Below are positions 40,401 to 52,900 of a DNA stretch of 64,000 nucleotides, one piece after another. Positions within the stretch are counted from its first letter, which is position 1. Each line of letters begins with the position of its first letter. The stretch spans positions 62,001 to 126,000 of the forward strand of contig NW_026929693.1 of the NCBI RefSeq assembly GCF_032062105.1. Reading direction: 5' to 3'. This DNA comes from Saccostrea cucullata (taxonomy: Eukaryota). A program made the position numbers and the translations under genes. The notes beneath the pieces were generated by a model. It was not told the origin of the DNA, ran no database searches, and saw nothing but the letters and a program-made list of their open reading frames with translations.

Positions 40401-41018
40401 ATTTAACACAGGGTTGTGTAGAAAAAAATTGTTTGAAATCTACTCAAGTCATGAAAATCTAGGTTTGTTCAAAAGATGGCCCCTTAAGGTTAAGTGGGAA
40501 CACAAAGGGCGATCAAATGTACATAGCATAAACAAATTTTTCTGGAAAAAATTGCATCTAAAAACTGATCAACAATAAGAACACCGATGAACATATTACA
40601 TAGTTCTATTTCAAGACAAAAAGTTCGTATAACATTGGCACAATAACAATGCAACTTGCATTAAAGAAAGAACAAGAGAATTTAGAAAAGACCGAAGTGA
40701 TTAAGCAAAAATGATTGATTATACAAGCACATTTGAGAGCAGTTTTCTCTGCAGCATATTTATATTCCACAATGGTATTTCTGTATATCACTTCTTAACA
40801 GTGTATTATATAAGAAATCTTGTTTTTCATTTTAGGCCGATATTGGAACTGACAGTCCATATCACTTAAGCCCTAAGGATAAGGGTTTTCGAGGTTGCAC
40901 ATCAAGGAAATCAAAACTGTTCGGTGTAGATTGCTACGTCAATCATGCCGTCTGTGTTTACCGTTCAAATAAGTGCCAGTGGAAAGGAAAATTCCGAAAA
41001 AAACATCGAGGAAAATGA
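28417..41018 (+). CDS. TIMP: Tissue inhibitor of metalloproteinases (TIMP-A), 5 exons: 28417-28540, 30219-30322, 30839-30935, 39430-39551, 40836-41018 (209 aa)
   Basis: Signal peptide then CKCPGPEHPQWLYCKSDI|VIKA...YQKFK|G...IYTPLGC...KYIMMG...KCNW...GLRKLYKRNCRC...DCYVNHAVC...KCQW. All GT-AG junctions are in phase (1,0,1,0); 630 nt in total. Confidence 0.9.
28833..29888 (-). mobile_element. HINE/pearl-like element (same family as 24024-24790) in TIMP-A intron 1
   Basis: Reverse-orientation ends (tgtgaaacactgatgcc... and gacag/gacg microsatellite...ggcataaaaa) with repeated caaactccaaggtcaaggtca units. Confidence 0.65.
29156..29420 (-). mobile_element. SINE-like retroposon (V-type core, non-tRNA head) nested in the HINE
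   Basis: Nearly identical to 56467-56736; (caat)n tail; 13-bp TSD cttgtcagaaaga at 29143-29155 and 29421-29433. Confidence 0.85.
31600..32230. repeat. 21-bp minisatellite (gttgacatgcaacttatttat variants) forming the left TIR; mirrored at ~36075-36715
   Basis: Direct tandem units; the repetitive ORFs (YVDMQLI)n and (MLTCNLF)n are artefacts of it. Confidence 0.95.
34198..35421 (-). CDS. IS3EU-type DDE transposase (integrase-core), ~407 aa, uninterrupted
   Basis: N-terminal HTH-like region, then HLDGWDKLKPFG, VDGFSRRILWL, YADRGTEN and NTRIERFW (D,D,E). ATG at 35421 follows a tttttcag acceptor. Confidence 0.9.
   Translation of the reverse strand: MGENIYTPALAQRLVVDGLPLSRNEMIAVYYHSGYTIQEIIGFLATRHNITLSARRIHQVLREMNLTRRNNQPRLEDIVTAILHELSGSGGDIGYRGMRMRLLIDHNLNVSCELVRVALSVLDAEGVIRRRQRRLQRRRYINEGPNFCVHLDGWDKLKPFGISIHCCVDGFSRRILWLKACNSNKNPEYISRFYIDYIKEINGVSVVVYADRGTENAIVRDLQYALRWNHQDPLQGLSSFRYGSPYRNTRIERFWRCLREMCGNFWINYFKAMDNLGVFDTSDIVHLECARYCFLPIITGELNRFIQHWNEHTIRRNRNADCPSGKPDVMYFQPEIYQTRDFKMPVPDNLNGIEQEYCAYPPANGVSMEFEVIGTQIRMENGLNYPPNTVEEATELFIRITDYVDCL
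39272..39400. repeat. ~130-bp foldback hairpin, probable terminus of a decayed DNA element
   Basis: taagtaag...gtgttgaatagtttagagaaaacat...atgttttctctaaactattcaacac...cttactta. Confidence 0.8.
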
Positions 41019-42189
41019 AGCTCCTTATTGCAAAAAATATAAAATATCTCAGGGCAGCTTGTGCATGAATATATGATGAAAATTCATAAAAACCTTTTAC
41101 CCTTAAACAATATGAGTGACTCTCAGTCAGGATCAGTTTCCTATCTGGGTTGATATTTTATGGCTAAGTTTGTTTATTTCCTACGAGTCCTTTTATTTGA
41201 GTTTTTGTGGCATATACTGTACGGAATGTATCACTACTGCATGACTATGAACTACAATATACATGCATATATAAAGCCTAGTTTACAAAGGAGAATCACA
41301 TTTATATTTGCTGAATAATTACAGTTATTCTTATTCAATTTTACATATAACTTTATATATAAAACTATACATGTATATAATTTTGTACAAACATAAATAC
41401 AATACATTGTATAATTATGCAAATGTGTGACATACAAGAAATGTCTTAGAAAGGGGATTTCATGTATATTTCATTTTGTTAATATCATAAATCATATGTT
41501 GTGCAACATTGGGTATGATTAAATCAAGTACACAAATTATGCAAATATTAATATTTGTAAAGTGCTTACAAATCATGTATTTCAGCATGCTGCCTGAACT
41601 GGATTCCAAGCACGATAGCTAAAAAACATTAGATCAAGAAAATTTATAATAAAGTTAAAAATGCAAAACATTAGACAATTATTATATTATATGTTATATT
41701 TCCTCAATCGGAGCAATGTTTATGTATGAAAACTCTATACATGCGTAACATTAAATTCATTTCTTTTTACGTTTACATGTAGGTGTTTCGAATATATTTT
41801 AGGACGGTTAAACTCAAACATAGTTATATAGATGCTATCGTCACTAAAACATAGATGATGTCATCAGACGGTTTTACACATACGTAAGTGTCTACCTCTA
41901 AAGGTAAGCTCCTGTTTACCTGCCCATGGATAACTAATAGGAATTATTCCATACTGACGAAGTCATACATGATTACAGTGTTTCAAAATGAATTGAACAT
42001 AAAAAAACTCTTGTAATAGCCTATGAACACCATTTTTAATATCTAACACAAATTCTATATGTGTGAATCTAAAATTTTGATAAAGTATATAATTTCATTT
42101 CAAAAAAGATATAAAAAAAATTTTGGGTAAATAGAAAATTAAAACTTATTTCATAGCTAGTTAAGAAAATTTATAAGCCTTATTGAAAC

Positions 42190-43152
42190 AACTTGAGAGT
42201 TATGTCCAAGACACGATGTAGTTACGATATAGACACATTACTTTTTTTTTTAGTTTACTTTAACATTTCTCCATCTTTGTGTGTTTATTACAATGCTTTC
42301 TGTTTTAAGAAGTCTTCCTTACTGTCAATATCCACGATATTGTGCCGATATCGAATCATGATTGTTCAAAGAATTATGGTTTCCATCTTGAAAACTATCT
42401 TTTATAAACTTTCCCTGTAGAGTCGATATCGACAATATCGCTTCGATATCGAATCATGTTTGCACAGCTCTTTGTAAATACCGTCCCTGTTACTTTGTAT
42501 GTGTATTTATGTTTAATTACTTTATTTTTACGAAGATTGTACCTGCCATCGATATCGACGATATCGTATCGATATCGAATCATGATTGTTAGAATATATT
42601 ACTTCACCAAACTTCACCCTAATACAAAAATCTTTATTTTTAACATATCCCATGACAATAAGTTCTGTTTCTTCATGCAACGCTTGTGCATATTTACTTT
42701 CTGATTAATTAGTTTACCCTACTATCGATATCGTCGATATCGACGATATCGTATCGATATCGAATCATAATTGTTAAACATATTTAACAGCTTTCACCCT
42801 CACCCAACATCTTACTCTAAACCTAATCCAAAACAATAACAACCACTAACCCTTTCCTTATTATAATTTAATTTCATATTCATGCTAATAATGAATGAAT
42901 TTGACATCATTTGTGACCTTGTAAAATTATGTTATACTTCATTGTGAAAATAAATTCTACAAATAGGATCGATATCGATACGATATCGTCACGGTATTGT
43001 CGATATGGACGACATCGACATAGCACAAAGTCTCATTAATGGTACCAAGTATTTCAAATTAATAGTGCTCATCATGATCGATATCGATACGATATCGACA
43101 TAATATTGTAGATATCGTCGATATCGACATCGAATTCCTTCTTTAGATAGCC
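42190..43152. repeat. Dispersed array of the palindromic CpG-rich motif atcgatatcgacgatatcgtatcgatatcg between the TIMP 3' ends
   Basis: Copies at ~42330, 42425, 42550, 42725 (forward) and ~42968, 43077-43135 (reverse). Confidence 0.75.
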
Positions 43153-43989
43153 AAAATACCACCCAATGATATAGGTTATATTCACTAATAAGGTAATGAT
43201 TACGATCAAACATTCACTCCTAATGACGTGTACATGAACAATAATCAAATTTATTCTTTCAATTTACAAATTTAGTCTTCTCTTAAGTATTTCATCTATC
43301 GATGCAAAAATACTCTTTGGAGGTTTACTGTCTATAGATTATAAGAACCAATTTATACCTTAGGTGTATGACAAATGAGACGACTTTAAATTTTCCACGG
43401 TGAAACTTTCCTAATTAAATGAACAATATGTCGTAATTACCTGCATATGGGGCTTACATCTCGAACTTATTCGATATTCAAAAGCATTCTCTGAATACTA
43501 CTAAATTTAAAACCGAGAGAGGTTATTGAAAGAAAAATTGATGTCCTAGGGATTTGAACAATATCGTTCAAAGTCAATATTTCCTAAATTCTGTTCCTTG
43601 TTTATTTGGGGAAAAGGCGAAGAAACGGACAGAGAGCAACCTAAATAATATCTTTAAAAAGCACACCCTGTTGATCGACCACACCCACTGTGATCACGTT
43701 GTATTAATACACTGTAAAATGAACAGAAAATTCATCCACTGTAATTTTTTTTTCAATCAAGATTGTCTTCTTTCATCAGTTTATTAAATCGTTAACTGAT
43801 AATAATCCTTTTAAAAATAAAAAAAAAGCCATAAAATATGAAAGAAAACTTTAATTAAAAAGATAATATCATGTAACAATGTTTTCTAAACAAACTACAT
43901 CTATATCACATTTAAATTACCAAGCCTGAAAATAGTGTCAAACATAGGTTGTTGATTTCTCTGAGGTATCAGACAGGATATTTTTTCAA

Positions 43990-46900
43990 TTATTTATCTA
44001 AAGGACACGGTTTCCGTTCAAGAAACCGCCATGTACATTTCCCTCCCTTTCTTTTGACACATACAGCTTGCTGCTCCTCGCACGGTGAATACCATTCCGC
44101 GTGACACACTCGCTTCCTCTTCCATCGTCCCAGAAGCATTTCATTTACCTTTAAATATTAATTCAACATCATCTAAACATTATTCATTATTGTTTTTAGT
44201 ACTAAATGCAAGGATATACATTTACAGTGCTAAATGGTTTAAACTTGAAACTATTATTTTTCGTGATAAGAAATATGCCTTCAAACATGGGTAAAATGTT
44301 TAGTTAATCCAGAATCATTTTCATGACTATATTTCCGAAGCCATTGTGGCTTCGGAAAGTAATCATGGATTTAAGAAAATATAATTGTAATTATAAAACA
44401 ATCTGCAGATTTTTCGTTTTGTTTTGAAGAGAAAGATTTATGAAAAAAAGAAACTCTTTCAAAATCAAAAGGGAAAATTTGATACTCAAAAGTCGTATTT
44501 CTTCATGTCAACTTGTAAGATCTTGTCCCTATCATTTACACGACCTGTGATCTAAAGTAAGACTTTTTAAGGATGCTTTTATTTTAGCCATGCGATTTGC
44601 ATTTCTCATATTTTTTATTCATATTTTAATTTTTGTTCTATTCAAAATCAAGTGGGCATATATCATGAATATAAAAAATAATAACATCTTCATTACTTAT
44701 ATAATATTTTAAACAAAATCTCTGAAGAATTCTTTTGACATTCAAAATCAAGTGGGTATATATAGAAAATAATAAAATCTTCTTTACTTAAATATTTGAA
44801 ACAAAATCTTTAAAGAATATTTTTTTTATATTACTAAATTCTGAAAACTGACTTACATTATAACACTACAAATTTAAAAAAATTAAGTGTCTCAATTCAA
44901 ACTATTGCAATTACAACATGATCACATAAGTGTTTTGTCACATTGTAACACAAATGAAAACCAAAAAGAAAAGTTTAATATACAAGTACGTTATCTTCAA
45001 AACTTGAACGATTCAGTGTTAGAGATTTGCTGAGAGTCTGCGTTGCTTCAATCTGAAAAGAAAGTTCAATGTTACTTAACTTACCCTGCATTTACAGTTG
45101 GCAGAATATAATCCACGGATTCCGGCCAATTGCCCTTCCTTCAGCTCAGAAAATGGAACAGTTGTGAAACAGGAAGACACCACCATATGATTATTTCGGA
45201 TATAGCCTGAATCATTAAGGATCGCATTTTCAAACTATACATGTATATTAATATCGTAGGAGTCACTGTGATATTTACCAATATTATATTATTGAAATTA
45301 AAGAAACTGCATCTAATGAAATCTTGAAAAGTTTAATTATTTGCCCTCTCCCGACTGACTGACCCTAGTCATTCTTTATAAATTCAAATAAATACACTTT
45401 GAAAATCAGTTGATCTTAAACTTTCTTAAAAATGAAAATAACCTACCTACTGACCCTTTTTTTTATTCACAAACATTGTTTTAAAATTGGCTAAACAAGA
45501 CATCTATTCAAGTACAGTAATAGTGTTGACAAGACGTTATCCAAGGTTTTTGATGCTAATGTAGATCGATATGAAAATAAATCTTTTCACAAATGGCCTC
45601 ATTTATTTTCGTTCAAAACTATGACAGTAAGAGTAATTGCTTCTCAACAACGCGTATCTCACCCGTCATGTAATATACAGTTCCCACAGTCAGCTCTATA
45701 CCACAGGATCCGTCAAAAGCATCAGAAGTCACATAATCTTTATCTGCCACCTCAAAAGATTCAGACCTCTACAAAACAATAACGAGATTACGTACAGATT
45801 ACAAATTAATGTCATTACAGATAACATATAGATGTTATTATTATAGATGACACTTCAGAGCATTTAATTGTAGACCTCCTTAATGGAAGATTTTGGGTAT
45901 ACAGTTTTTGCTCTGTTTGTCTGTTCGTTTACAAAATTTGATTTTGCTCATAACTCCTGACTGGATAGAGCTATATCTTAAATACATGTACTTTACATGT
46001 CTATTCATTGTGACGAAACATTAACATATAATATCTCTTCACCTTGAAGTTTGACTCTCTTTATCCAAAAAAAATTACAAAACCTTGATTGGTGTTTAGG
46101 CTTTCACACAACACATGTGTGTTTATTCCGATAAGATGGTTTCTTGGATATAAAATGTTATGATCTTTTCATTTCCAAGTTAAAATTTGAGCCACTTTTT
46201 ATAAAAAAAAAACCTTGGTCAAGACTTGTGAAAAATAATTACTAGAGCTTTCATATATCACAGACGCATTTCATTGACAAAACCTATAATGGATTAATGC
46301 AAATTTAACCTTTTGAATTTTTAAAGACCTAGAAATATGTTGAATGTATTACATAAACTATCATATTACTTGATCAAAGCGTCACTTTACAGCAAATCTT
46401 AAGAGTAATTAGAGTTAATTAAAGACGAATGATACCAACATTTTTTTCTTTGGAGGAGATTTAATATCATGTCACAGGCTTTTAACCTAAGTCTTCGGAA
46501 ATGAAATAGATTTGGAAAATATTAGTTAATACTTCAATAAATAACAAATAGTTACAAATCACACTCAGTTAAGATTTACAGACGACAAAAAATTTCAGAA
46601 TATGTTAGCTTTGTGCTAAAAGTGTTATATAAACTTTCAAAAAGCGAGGTAAACGCAAAATGGTGAAAAATCAGAAAAATCACATTGGCTGATTTTTACC
46701 ATTTTGCCCCCGCCCCTAAAATTTGCCTGGCTTGGTATATATTTTTAAAGGTTTACATTATTGATGAACATTCAACGACACGGCTCAATTTTCAATGTAG
46801 TAGGACCTCAATCCAACACCTTCGGTCTCAATATTGACATATAGAAAAATAACACCCATCCTCAGGTCAGTTCTCAACTGTGGTCAAACGTCTACATTAC

Positions 46901-49900
46901 AGTGGCATGCGGTGAATGTAATTAGCTTTTCTTCTTAAATTTCTTAATCTTTACAGGTGATTTCTTATTTTTTGACTTTGATCTTCCTTTCCAAATACGA
47001 CTCGCTTTGATGAAACTCTAGATCTGAATGACGCTCAATGTTAGAGAGCTTTAAAATAATGCAGGAGAAGTGCTCACACCATGGGATGCATTGGTATTAT
47101 AACATTTTTATTATTTCATTAGTATTGAATTCTAGAGGATGTTACATGCTAGGAATTATATAGAATGTTAATATGAAGTGCCTTTATTTACGAATTATTT
47201 TGTCTCTATCATTCATTAATTTTTTCGGATTATTAGACAAACATGAAAATCAGAAGTTTAATTTGGATAGCCAGTTTGGTATGCATATTTATTTTCACTA
47301 AATGATTTCAAGAAAAAATAACTGTGAATTATACATGTAATTAAGTGAATGTAAGTTTAAATGCAATCTTTTTTTAAATAAATATTTGTATCTCGTTTGT
47401 TGTAAATTGTGGAACTAGATTAGAAATATTTCACAGGTTGTGTCTTAAAAAATATTTGAATACAAGTACATGCAAATTAAAGAAGAAGATAAATTCATCT
47501 TAGATAAGTCCTTATGACGTCATTTTAAAGCCAGGTACAAACAGGTGTATGCATGATATATTCAGCCACTAGTATCTGCAACTCTTCAAATGCCGTTTTA
47601 TTGTGAATTGTTTATTAAATGACTTCAGCTTTTCTACGGTCTTGCTGAAAGTCTATATTTCACAAATCCTTTGGCTGATACAATGACACCTCCCCCAATC
47701 CCTTGCCTTTCCTTGCAGACACACAAACACTTCTAATTTGCTAACCAAATGTACATATGCCATACATGCATACCGGTATCTAAAACTTTTAATGGACCCC
47801 ATGGTCAATCTTTGGTAATTTAAAATGTCATTGATTGGATATATGATACAGACTGATTTTTAAAAAGACGTCAATTAACCCCCTTCACCGCAGTCACGCA
47901 TTTTAACGCAAATACCATTTCCTATTTCTAACGCAAAATCACGCATATACCGTTTCCCCGCAATCACGCAATTTCACGCACTTAAAAAAGTTCATTTAAT
48001 CTTCAATTTATTGCCAAATTCCATCTATTTTATGCTTGCTTAAATCTCATAAAATAAGAAAAGTTATTTTATTATTAAATATTGCGTCATAATAGCGAGC
48101 GCGTCGCGAAGCGACGCTCGCAAAGCGAGCTCAATAGACTAACGTGTAAGAACAGAGGAAATTCGGATTGAAATCTGTACATACGTCAGCCAAATTTCTC
48201 TGTGAAACATTCCCAGAATTCCTGCACTACCCAATGTCCTTTGCGCAAATAAATAAATAAATAATAACGTAAAGCATAAAAGGCTAGATCAGTCTGTAGA
48301 AATCTTTCAAAGAAACAAAAAATAACTCTACAATGTTTTTCAACCAAAATTGCACTAGGTCTATAGTTTCAAACACACGCTCGGCTGTCTCCGTAAGCTC
48401 CGACGAGCTCCGTGACGTCGTGTGACGTCACACTAGTCGAGATGTCTCGTGCGGCTTAATTGATGTTTGAAGTAGCTGATCAATTTTTAGAGTGTTTTTG
48501 ATGGTACATGTACATGCGCTCGCCCCAACGGTCACACCGTAAAACATATCATTACTTACGCTAAACTTTAGAGAGACTTGTACCATGCTATAAAGTGCTT
48601 GCGGGGAAAAGGTAGCGTCATATTTCTATGACGTGAACATTAAGTGTATGTTGCGTCACAGATCATTAAGTTGTAAAGAGTTCATAAGTATTCAAAAAAT
48701 AAAACGTCGGAAAAAAATAACGATATATTTAGATTGAGCATGTCAGTAAAAGTCATAATGTTTGTCACATTGTCAAAGTAATTTCTGGCTATTATGTAAA
48801 GTGAGTTTCTCCATGGTTATATGTTGAAATCAATTTTGTAATGTTTTGCGTTGAACACAGTTATAAAAATAATTATATTTTGTTTTATTACATTTTGCGT
48901 TGTTCTGAATACAATAACTAAAGTCGCATTTACAACAAAAACGTATCTTATTACATTATGCGTTAATCCCATCGCAAATTGTAAAAGCGCAAAATGTCAT
49001 AATCATTACAGTTTGTGTTTTTACAATTTGAGTTAATCTCTACGCAAAATGTAATAAGCTAAAAAGGTAACTATCCCATTTAATTAAATTTTGCGTTTTG
49101 ATACATTTCTCTTTGTAACACAGCATTCATATTTACCTTTTCAAGTAATAGACATGTATTATGTCGATACATTGTAAATAGATAAACACTTTAAAATTTC
49201 GAAACATTTTTGCTACAATAAATAACATCAGTGTCAGATCAAGAAATCAATCCCAATAATTCGTGAAGAAATGTAGCATTTCAACAATTGTCTTAAGATA
49301 AGTCGCGATTAAAATTGAAATTACTTATTTTATTCACAGATATGCATATCCTGGCGTGGAGATAGAACTTTGAATATTTCATCTGCCGTACCCGCACCAC
49401 TACTTAATTTCATTGAAAAGAGAAAGAATCAATCCGATCCGGAAACAATTTCTTTTTTCACACACAGAGCAAAAGTTTTCAATTATACTAGATTAATTCA
49501 GAATAACTTCACAAAGTTCCTCATCAGCAGTTATCTGACATTTTGTCCAAATAAACCATTGTGTTACGATCAAGGTGCCTTTTATCAAAATTATATGTTT
49601 CAATTTAATGGAAAACACCCGCTTTGTCGACCATGTAGCTGTGCAAATGACTGTTACAAGAAACATGAGTGTTGTGTATCAAAATACATCGCTCAAATAA
49701 ATACTACTCAACACAACCTTCATAACACCAGCGTTCCTATTAAGAAAGATGAATCGTCTTTTTCTTGTACAAGAACAGTATTGGGTGAGATTTATGATGA
49801 TAGAACAGGACAATCATTACAAATAGCGCCTGCAGCAAGATACTGGATAGTGGCAAAGTGTCCAAAGGATTACCCTCCAAACAATGTATGGAGAAAGTGC

Positions 49901-52900
49901 AAAAAATTTTTACCCATAAAAATGCTTCAAAGTGAGGAGCTGCAAATACCGGTATATTCAAGTAAAACAAATGATAGTTACCAAAACGTGTATTGTGCAC
50001 AATGCTTCGGTGAGAAACAGGAAGACCTTTATCCATGGAGAAAGATTATTGTGACAAACAATTACACAGAATTGAACAGACAAGAAAACTATTTTAATCT
50101 CGCTTCGTCAGACCCAAAGTTTACCCTAATTCTATACCCACCTTCGTTTTTAAAAGAAAGCTTGGTATGTAGTTTACCATCCATTTCCAAATGTAATGAA
50201 ACAGGCCTTTGGGACCGATTAGATAGCACATTAAAATGGGCTTGCGAGACAATGCCACAAGTACTTAACTATTTATTTAATAGAAAGACATACAAAAACG
50301 TATACTGCGTGATGTGTAACACATTTTCTCCAGAATATACAATACCGATCACCGTGACCAGTGGCTCTCCAGTAGAAATAACACATTATATCTTAGATGA
50401 TTTCCGACAAACCCTTGGCTTATTTCCCTCATTGCTAAGCTACTCAGCACAGAAGACTTTTCATGATTACAGTGTTGAAAGACTTTGTCCATCAGAGATG
50501 GTCTATAGCCCGGTTTTGGTGAGTACCCATTACACCGTGTCAGCTATTAGAAATTGAAATCGTTCTCCATTTCACTAATACTTTATGCCATCTAAACGAT
50601 CAAATTTTCATAAAAATGTAAATTATAGTGTAGAAACTAGTGTTTATTATTAAGGTATGTTTTCTTAAGCCAATAGTTCTGTGTCATTTTTTCCCCAACA
50701 TTGGAAGTGTTAAGAATACATTTGCATCCAAAAAGAACTTACATAGGAATTGGATTATCCTTTCGTATAGGCTATAAACATTAATGTTAAGCACATCATT
50801 AAACTACATGTGTATCAAAGAATACATGCCAGAAAGAGAAGGTCGGGACCATATTTATCAGAAGGCAAATAGAGTTCTTTCACTAGATGAGACAAATTGT
50901 TTGCTGTATATTTCTTTTCTACAGTTTTTGTCAGCGAATTTTCTTTCTATATACTCAGTGTAAGGATATCCGATCCTCAGTTTACCTGGTTTGATTACTC
51001 CTTCATAGCACCTTATCCCACCTCTGTTGAATTTAGCGGTCCGTGTTTTCCCTGTTCCTAATTTTTATTGTTTCAATAGACTTATTTGATTGTTATTTTA
51101 TTTAACCTGACATCAAGGTCTTATGTGAATAAAACAACCAATGTAAGTTGTGAATTTTTAACATAAAAATGAGTTATAAAGAGCTTTGTGAAATATTTTT
51201 AAAAACAACGGTTTCATTTAAATTTTCTACAGAAACACCAAAAGATTTTTTAGAACGCCTAATCATAAAAATATTTAAATCTATCTTCAGATAATTGAAC
51301 TTTGAACGGTTTATATGAATTACACGTACTTTTTGTTTCTTTACAGGTAGGTTCAGTCCTATTACAGATACATGTAGGTGTAATTGAATGATACCTATTT
51401 TTAAATCAGTCGATACGTAAACATAGGTAGTGACTGTCCCTTCGCCAAGCGCTCGACATTAGAAGTGAAAGTCACGGGTCTTTCGGATATGACCTTAAAA
51501 ACGTAGGTCCGGTGTCACGGTAGGCATTGGCACGATAAAGAACCCTCACTGTTCAATGGCCCTGAGTCCCGAGTATAGGTCTAAATTTGAGGCCCTTCAC
51601 CTGCATACGGTTACGTCTCTATATGAGTGAAAAACTCTCTAGAGGGACGTTAAACAATATTCAATCAATCAATAAATCATTCGAAGATAAGTACAGTTGA
51701 TTTTAACAAGGAACAATTAAAACACCCCCCAAATGATCTGATGCTACATGTAGGTACGAATTAAATATACCTGGGTTATGTTCGGTTACGCCTATATTTA
51801 ATTTTTGGAAAATCTTCATTTCTGTTACAAAGACAACCCTGAAATCCACTGAACCTTACCTATCTACAAATGAATTAAAGATAGGATTTGTCCAAAATGT
51901 CGTAGACAAATTTTTAACATTGTACATGTAAACAGTCAAGCAATGCCCCAGTGTGATGTGGGGGATCATTGATTACACAGTGAAAATGCACTATTTCTTT
52001 AAAAATATCTTTTTCTTCTCCTGCAATATAAGCCATGAAAGTGAGGAGTTAAATAATAATAATGAGCATGGACGCATCTTCAAATATTTTAAATTAAATG
52101 GCTCCTTGGTAAAGAGTTTGGTTTTATACTGGGATAGGTTGCTTTGATTTTACAGTGAAAATGCATTAATTCTTTGAAATGTATTTTTCATTTCAGGTAA
52201 GATGCCTGTCAATATTTTGTGATTCTGAATATGCTCAAAGAGGGCCAAAATGTCACCGTCGAATTTCCAATGACTTCTCTGGGCCCTATGTCATACGTGC
52301 ATCACTGTGCACTACAAGGTTCCTCACTTTGAATTTGTTAGATGAGATAAAGAAACAGATGGTAGAAAAACTGTTGAATGTACCCAGATTCTCTCCCAGG
52401 GAAACTGACATCCTATTTTATTCGCCATTTCTCACGAGGTCCTATAAATTTTGCTATCCATTCGTAGCAAGTTTTCTTCCTGCTGGTGTGACAAACATAT
52501 TTGCCGTAACAAACTACTTGTTGACGTTTACAAAAAACTTAACTGATGGTCTTTTTTCGAAGCATGTACAAATCAAACAAAATGGTGTTGATAGTAACGC
52601 TTTCAAAACAATGTCTCGTAAATCTGGGCCTAAAAAACACTTTTTCCGCAGGAATAAACCGCCTCCTTTTGAAAATAATGTAACACACTGGCAACACTGT
52701 CCAAAGATTTACCTACCAGCAAGCTATCATCTTAATCATTGCGACTTCGAAATTTGCATCAAAGAATATGACATTTGTTTTGAAAGTCACATGGCAAAAT
52801 TTGACCAAGAAGACACTGCCATCGCTTTATGTTTAGATGATTATAAAAGGATTGTTGATAATTATATGAGAAGAACTACTGGCGAAGATTCAACAGAAAC

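Noticed and set aside
44640-44825. ~100-bp tandem duplication in TIMP-B intron 4
   Set aside because: Ordinary local slippage duplication with no sign of function.
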